Assembly: GCA_965228855.1 (NCBI GenBank)
Contig: CBDDIJ010000005.1
Span: 288,001 to 352,000 of the forward strand
Length of the DNA: 64,000 nt
From: Candidatus Obscuribacterales bacterium
Lineage (GTDB): Bacteria; Cyanobacteriota; Vampirovibrionia; Obscuribacterales; Obscuribacteraceae
Reading direction: 5' to 3'
Made by a program: the position numbers and the translations under genes
Shown here: in pieces, positions 58,905 to 64,000 of the stretch
Layout of the letters: each line of letters begins with the position of its first letter
Numbering within the stretch: position 1 is the first letter of the stretch
The notes under the pieces: generated by a model
The model's database searches: none
Told to the model about the DNA's origin: nothing
What the model saw: the letters and a program-made list of their open reading frames with translations, nothing else

Positions 58905-59516
58905 TCAGATTCGCTTGATGATTTCCGTGATTTGGTTCCTATGTATCTGTTGATGCATAGGAGCGAACACCTGCCACTGCTGAGCGTTTAGCGGACCAAA
59001 CCAGGGATGGGCGTACTTTAACTCCGGAAATTTGTCTACTGCGAGGCCTGTGATCGTAGCTATAAAATCATCCGAATTTTTCCGGTAATCGTGACAAATG
59101 GTTTCTGGATTTACATCGGCTGACGGTTTAACGTCCGCAGTTGAAGAAGGTTTATCTGTTTCCACCTGTATGCCGTTCGATAGGCTAACAATCAGGCTTT
59201 TCATACGATCGTTCACAATGATTAGATGCTGCAGCGTCATCGCCACAGACCAGAACCGTGAGCTGTCCTCTAATCCACGTAATCGAGGAATGAGACGCCG
59301 GGTGGCCAGCTCAACAGGAGACAAACGACTAGCAGCTGCAATTATCTTGCCAGACTCATCGGCGAACTGGTCGAGCGCTTGTCTCGGCGTTGTCGTGCGA
59401 AGTCGAATCGGGACCAGGATGTAGTTAGCCAGCGCCCATTCGTAAAATGGCAAACCATCTCCGGGCTTCGCGAGGTGAGGCTCTTTCTGCTCAGTTCGAA
59501 TCATGATTAACACCAT
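58905..59516 (-). CDS. DinB-family protein
   Basis: WSVAMTLQHL and HPWFGPLN...HQQIHRNQI His pattern. Confidence 0.82.
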   Translation of the reverse strand: MVLIMIRTEQKEPHLAKPGDGLPFYEWALANYILVPIRLRTTTPRQALDQFADESGKIIAAASRLSPVELATRRLIPRLRGLEDSSRFWSVAMTLQHLIIVNDRMKSLIVSLSNGIQVETDKPSSTADVKPSADVNPETICHDYRKNSDDFIATITGLAVDKFPELKYAHPWFGPLNAQQWQVFAPMHQQIHRNQITEIIKRI

Positions 59517-60018
59517 TGTCCAACTTCTTCACATAACCGAGCACCACCACATCCGGTGCCAGATGAAAATCTATCTCACTGAATCGTTGATACCCCCTGC
59601 GCTCATACATTGCTTTGGCGACTGCCATCAGCCTTGTCGTGTGCAGAGTTATGGCGGCAGAGTTCTCTTGCGCCGCCTTCTGCTCGCATGCGTTTATCAA
59701 CTTATCTGCAATACCTTTATTGCGATGGCGGGGCAAAATTGACAGCAACCGCATCTCTGGATAGGGATTTTTTATACGCTGCGCACCGAAGTCCTTTTCA
59801 TACGGCGGACAGTAAACAACTGACCCAACAATATCGTCGTCCTCCACCGCCACCATCCGAAGCAGAGACGGGTCAGTCAGTATCAGTTCGCGAGTAGATT
59901 GCGCGTAACGCAGCCACGACTCTTCACCCATTTCGTCTGCGTATTCGGCATAAGCATCGAGCGTCAAATCGGCAATTGCCGGTCGCTCTTCGAGCGTCGC
60001 CTGGCGCAAAGTAATCAT
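59491..60018 (-). CDS. GNAT-family N-acetyltransferase
   Basis: RLLSILPRHRNKGIA, LHTT, AMYERRGY; probable start ATG 60018. Confidence 0.88.
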   Translation of the reverse strand: MITLRQATLEERPAIADLTLDAYAEYADEMGEESWLRYAQSTRELILTDPSLLRMVAVEDDDIVGSVVYCPPYEKDFGAQRIKNPYPEMRLLSILPRHRNKGIADKLINACEQKAAQENSAAITLHTTRLMAVAKAMYERRGYQRFSEIDFHLAPDVVVLGYVKKLDNGVNHDSN

Positions 60019-60122
60019 CAGACCCCGAGCCTCTCTATATAAGGAACCAAAACCACTTGCATTTTGCAAGTACTCTTCAAGCATACCCTTAGCGCTTGCA
60101 AATTGCAAGTACCTGCTAATAT

Positions 60123-60575
60123 ATGAGTGTGACCCAATCCAGCAAAGCCAAACCACGTTCCGAATGCGTTTTCAGCAATGTCCTCGATTTGTTCGGCGAC
60201 AAATGGACGCTGCTGGTCATAAGGGACATTTTCTTTTTCAACAAGCACGAATTCAAAGAGTTTCTCGCCAGCCCTGAGTGCATAGCCACAAACATTTTGT
60301 CGGATCGATTGAAACGACTTCTAGCCAACGGCGTGATCGCGGAACAAGTTCATCCGGAAAACAAATCGCGCAAGTTTTACTACTTGACCGAGAAAGGAAA
60401 GGCGCTTCTACCCATGCTGATCGCGATGGCGAAGTGGGGCGCTATCTACATGCCGGACTTAAACGAGATGCAAAAACTCTACGCCCGCCTTCGCGAAGAC
60501 GAGGACAAATTGTTGAGTGAGGTTTTGGAAGCTATCGAGCAGTGGGAAGTGCAGAATATTCCGCAATCCCGGTGA
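60123..60575 (+). CDS. HxlR-family winged-helix transcriptional regulator
   Basis: DLFGDKWTLLVIRD, NILSDRLKRL, YYLTEKGKAL, WG; divergent from GNAT-DinB. Confidence 0.9.
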   Translation: MSVTQSSKAKPRSECVFSNVLDLFGDKWTLLVIRDIFFFNKHEFKEFLASPECIATNILSDRLKRLLANGVIAEQVHPENKSRKFYYLTEKGKALLPMLIAMAKWGAIYMPDLNEMQKLYARLREDEDKLLSEVLEAIEQWEVQNIPQSR

Positions 60576-60827
60576 GCGCGGAGGGTTTCCGAACAAACGA
60601 TCAGAATCGCGAGGGAGACAGCGCAACTAACCGAGAATTCTGCGCGCCGGTGTGAAACCCGCGCTCATCGGCGCAGGTTGGCTCGCGGCTGATGACGCCT
60701 AGGAAGACTATGAGAATTTGAAAAGCAACTCTAAATAATGTTTCGGAAAACATCCCTATTCGAAGCGGTATGCATGAGATTCCACCGATGAATTTTTACG
60801 ACCCTTTATTGCCATTACGACAAGGAA

Positions 60828-61592
60828 TTACTTTTGCCGCGTTTTTGAAGTTTCCAGAAAATCGAACTTCGGAAATGTTTCAATAGAAAGATGATTGTAG
60901 CGAATATTTTCAATTGTCCAGATGTCTGGCTCCAGAGCTTTTTCCAATTCATTTCGCATTTCCGGGGTAAAGGTACGAGGAGAAATGCTTCGAGCAAGAG
61001 TGGCGCCGATGGTCAACACACTCGAAAAAAACTCGTTGAATAGTGGAGTTCCAGCCAACTCGCAACGCCTAATAGTAAAATCTGATTTCGAAACCCAGAT
61101 CAAATTGGGTTTATAGATTTCACGCAGGACAAAACAGTCTTCGCCGTTCAAAAAAGCGTCTGTGAGCAAGCTGTGCTTTTGGGAAATCCAGTAAGCTTTT
61201 CCGCTCAGCAGTGGGCTAATCGTGAAATCGCTAAAACAGTGAGTGAAACCTCTCACACCACAGATAATGTCATTGTAATGCCGTACGCTTTCCAATCTCA
61301 AATGCGCTGACTTCGGAATCCAGGCCAGACTTTCTAGAGCCATAAGTTCGTTACTGTAAAGACTGCTAAGGAGTTGTCCTTTTTCGCCCTTAACTATAAA
61401 AACTAGCTTGTTTTTATCGCCAGCATGTGGTGACCACTCAAATCGCAGCTGCAGCGGAGACTTAAGGTAAACCGTTTTGAACCAGCCGCCTGACCGCAGC
61501 ATTCTATCTGACCGATAGGTTCCGCTGTCCTCGTACGAATCAATGGAGTCGTATGTTGTTTTGATTTGTTCCTTGAGACTTTCTGGGTCCAT
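60828..61592 (-). CDS. Hypothetical protein (possible LolA/DUF2092-like fold)
   Basis: YDSIDSYEDSG, LRFEW, IWVSKSDFTIRR pattern; start uncertain. Confidence 0.5.
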   Translation of the reverse strand: MDPESLKEQIKTTYDSIDSYEDSGTYRSDRMLRSGGWFKTVYLKSPLQLRFEWSPHAGDKNKLVFIVKGEKGQLLSSLYSNELMALESLAWIPKSAHLRLESVRHYNDIICGVRGFTHCFSDFTISPLLSGKAYWISQKHSLLTDAFLNGEDCFVLREIYKPNLIWVSKSDFTIRRCELAGTPLFNEFFSSVLTIGATLARSISPRTFTPEMRNELEKALEPDIWTIENIRYNHLSIETFPKFDFLETSKTRQK

Positions 61593-61876
61593 GCTTTCGA
61601 ATCCACAGTAGTGATTCCATAATACATTGAAAAATCCTACAGCCACTAGAAAGGGATTATGTCGCAAGACTTATTCGCTCATCCAGCGAACTCAGGAAGA
61701 CGGATTGTTTTGGGAATGCCACTATAAATGGTGTTTAGAGTGTGAAGATAATTCCCAAAATTTCTAAGTTCAAACTCAGTCGTACGGGTGATTTTGCATC
61801 CAAACAATATGCCTAAGCAGAGACAGCAGAGGGTCTTTGTGGTTTATTAGAGTAAGCGATCACCAAGAATGAAGTT

Positions 61877-62569
61877 ATGGAAAACAACGACAACACCGAC
61901 GACAAAAAAGCTAGTGACAAAAGTCGAGAGAATAAAAACTTTGTCGACCTAGGACCCAGAACGCGCGTCTTACAAACTCTTTTGAGCGTCGCAATCTTCA
62001 TGCGGCTGTTCGATCTATTTTTCGGTCTTTTAGTTTTTGCCTTTCCTCAACTCGTCAACACTGATGTTTGCTCGCTCTTAGTTAGAATAATTACGTTTGG
62101 AACTCCGCTCGCCACGATACCCGCCGGGATAGCGCTCCTGATGTGGATGGGTCGAGCATTCACCAATCTACAAGCGATGAAAGTCAAAACTCTCGGGAGA
62201 AAGAGCATTCAATGTTATTGGGGCTGGATCATTCCATTGGCAAATATCGTGATACCTGTTTCTACAATGCAAGACATTTGGAAAGCGAGTGATCCGAGTG
62301 AGATGGACCAGAAACGATGGAGACTGCTGAAATCGTCTTTACTGATTTCGACGTGGTGGGCAACATACCTGCTAGCAGGAGCGCTGGGAGTCGCTCAGCG
62401 ATTACAAATGAATGCTGATCCCATGGTACAGTTCACCATAGGTATCGCACTGGACATAATGTTTAGCGCGGCGTTTCTGCAGCTAATATTTATAGTTCGA
62501 GATATTGGTACGCGTCAGCAGTCGAAGAAGGCACTTTTAGAAACACCAGATTCGGTATCATTAGCTTGA
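61877..62569 (+). CDS. DUF4328-like membrane protein
   Basis: MWMGRAFTNL, GWIIPLANIVIP, DIWKAS, WWATYL. Confidence 0.78.
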   Translation: MENNDNTDDKKASDKSRENKNFVDLGPRTRVLQTLLSVAIFMRLFDLFFGLLVFAFPQLVNTDVCSLLVRIITFGTPLATIPAGIALLMWMGRAFTNLQAMKVKTLGRKSIQCYWGWIIPLANIVIPVSTMQDIWKASDPSEMDQKRWRLLKSSLLISTWWATYLLAGALGVAQRLQMNADPMVQFTIGIALDIMFSAAFLQLIFIVRDIGTRQQSKKALLETPDSVSLA

Positions 62570-62645
62570 TCCAGTTTCGATTGCCCAGTCAATTTCAACT
62601 CAGGGATCGCTCTCAACAATTGAGGATGCTCGTATAGGAAGTTTT

Positions 62646-63467
62646 ATGCGAAGGCGACAGCGTCTTAACTACGAGAAATCACAGAAGTTCGCAGCAAACT
62701 GTGTACACGTCGCAATATTTATTCAGGTAACAATCCTCACCTACTTTCTCTATCAGGTCACTCTTGGCGGTCAGACGGACTGGGAGAATTTGTATGGCTG
62801 CTACCTTTGTGTCTTAATATCAGGCGGCCTTCTCATAGCGTATGTAGCCAAGCGCAACCTCGAAGATATGGACGGAGACAGACTGCGGTCGATGTTACAA
62901 GGAATTCGAATTTGGTTTCCCCTGATTTGCGGTTCGATTTTCGGATTTCTCCTGACATGGCCGCTCTTTTTCTCTCCTAATCCGATTGATCCGTGGAAAA
63001 TTTGCCTGCTATTTTCGATTCCATTTTCTTTCGGCGTTTTTTGCCAGTTAATAACCTTCGGTGCGACGGTACCGCCGCCATCAGCGACAGAAACGCGAAT
63101 GTGCATCTACCGCTGGCCCTGGCTTCAAAGGTTTTTTCTCGAAAAATCTTTGCATGCCGGACTGTCACTTCAGGACCGCCCTGCTCCCAAAACTCGGTTG
63201 ATAGCGGCCGAACTAACGCACCTTCCAACCTCAAAACTCTGGACGTTTAAAACCCAATTCGACGGACAACAACAGGTAATGCTAGATTTTTTCTGGGACA
63301 TTTACGGACAACGGTTTCACTGCGAACGCTTTGCGATCTCAAATATACCGGTGGGTATTGCTGGTGAGACTTTTGAGATTCTGATTTACGTGAATCAAGA
63401 GAGAGCTATCGAATGCGAAGTCGCTGAGCCACTAATAGTGACCAGAATATGTGTTCAGCCAAAGTAA
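62646..63467 (+). CDS. Four-TM membrane protein with C-terminal Hsp70 substrate-binding-like domain
   Basis: Four hydrophobic helices, then LPTSKLWTFKTQFDGQQQV...FAISNIPVGIAG...FEILI resembling the DnaK SBD-beta. Confidence 0.55.
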   Translation: MRRRQRLNYEKSQKFAANCVHVAIFIQVTILTYFLYQVTLGGQTDWENLYGCYLCVLISGGLLIAYVAKRNLEDMDGDRLRSMLQGIRIWFPLICGSIFGFLLTWPLFFSPNPIDPWKICLLFSIPFSFGVFCQLITFGATVPPPSATETRMCIYRWPWLQRFFLEKSLHAGLSLQDRPAPKTRLIAAELTHLPTSKLWTFKTQFDGQQQVMLDFFWDIYGQRFHCERFAISNIPVGIAGETFEILIYVNQERAIECEVAEPLIVTRICVQPK

Positions 63468-63698
63468 GCTTGAGTGGGGACAGAACAAAACGACATCAAC
63501 AGAATGCCCTAATTAATGTACTGACATCACACATGCATTGAACTTTTTGTATGAATTGATCGTTATACATATTAGGACGCTGCGTACTCTAGTTTTTCTC
63601 AAAGCGAATTCCAGAAGAACTGCTTTCGGAATCCTCGACCGAAATATTCAAACCCGCCCAAGCATTCAGTCTGGATGCTCATCTTCGGTGGTGCTTTT

Positions 63699-64000
63699 AT
63701 GATGGACCATGACCGACTATTTAAGGAATTGCTGACGACGTTCTTCACCGAGTTTATCGAGCTGTTCTTCCCGGAACTCTTTGATTGTTTAGACCCAACG
63801 TCAGTCGTCTTTCTGGACAAGGAAATCTTCACCGATGTCACCGCCGGCGATGCGCACGAGGCCGACCTGGTGGCACAGGTAAAGCTGCGAAGCGACGACT
63901 CATTTATTCTTGTACACACCGAAACCCAAGCGCACTCCCAAGCTTCTTTTGCAAGGAGAATGTTTTGCTACTTCGCTAGACTTCATGAACGACACAGCTT
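63699..64000 (+). CDS. Rpn-family recombination-promoting nuclease / putative transposase (partial; runs off the window)
   Basis: My own translation: MMDHDRLFKELLTTFFTEFIELFFP...FLDKEIFTD...ADLV...LVHTETQ...FARRMFCYF (PD-(D/E)xK-like). Confidence 0.82.
   Translation, partial: MMDHDRLFKELLTTFFTEFIELFFPELFDCLDPTSVVFLDKEIFTDVTAGDAHEADLVAQVKLRSDDSFILVHTETQAHSQASFARRMFCYFARLHERHS

Noticed and set aside
1..64000. CRISPR arrays, rRNA/tRNA genes, IS elements, HIP1 enrichment and the many antisense track ORFs
   Set aside because: No spaced direct repeats, RNA gene signatures or terminal-repeat-bounded transposases were seen by eye. GCGATCGC appears only sporadically. The antisense ORFs are shadows of real genes.

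Overview
Gene-dense bacterial chromosomal window with about 50 CDS. I saw no rRNA, tRNA or CRISPR array. Housekeeping genes look cyanobacteria-like (dnaE with the FAEY/CFNK junction, purB, aroC, an Rpn-type nuclease), but there are no photosynthesis genes and many secreted, TPR and kinase orphans. My inference is a non-photosynthetic cyanobacterial relative (Vampirovibrionia/Melainabacteria, Obscuribacterales-like). Content includes sbcC, a membrane spermidine-synthase/TPR fusion, rsmG, purB-malQ, an aromatic amino acid cluster (aroA divergent from aroC-aroB-pheA, plus a DAHP synthase-chorismate mutase fusion), msrB, a Spy/ECF sigma/anti-sigma operon, scattered polyamine genes (PuuB-like oxidase, patA, speD), cydAB and an uninterrupted dnaE. 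The strongest novel signal is two complete ribosome-dependent transcription attenuators in tandem upstream of the DAHP synthase-chorismate mutase gene. Each has its own Phe/Trp-rich leader peptide (MSKTMRNFGFFWFSEVHPG; MSNKGFWFFAFRVPGR), antiterminator and intrinsic terminator. Other highlights are a multicopper-oxidase homolog that has lost almost all copper ligands, a long structured speD leader with an orphan Shine-Dalgarno sequence and an overlapping uORF, an empty split-intein site in dnaE, a membrane-anchored Hsp70 substrate-binding-like domain, and two unannotated small membrane proteins.
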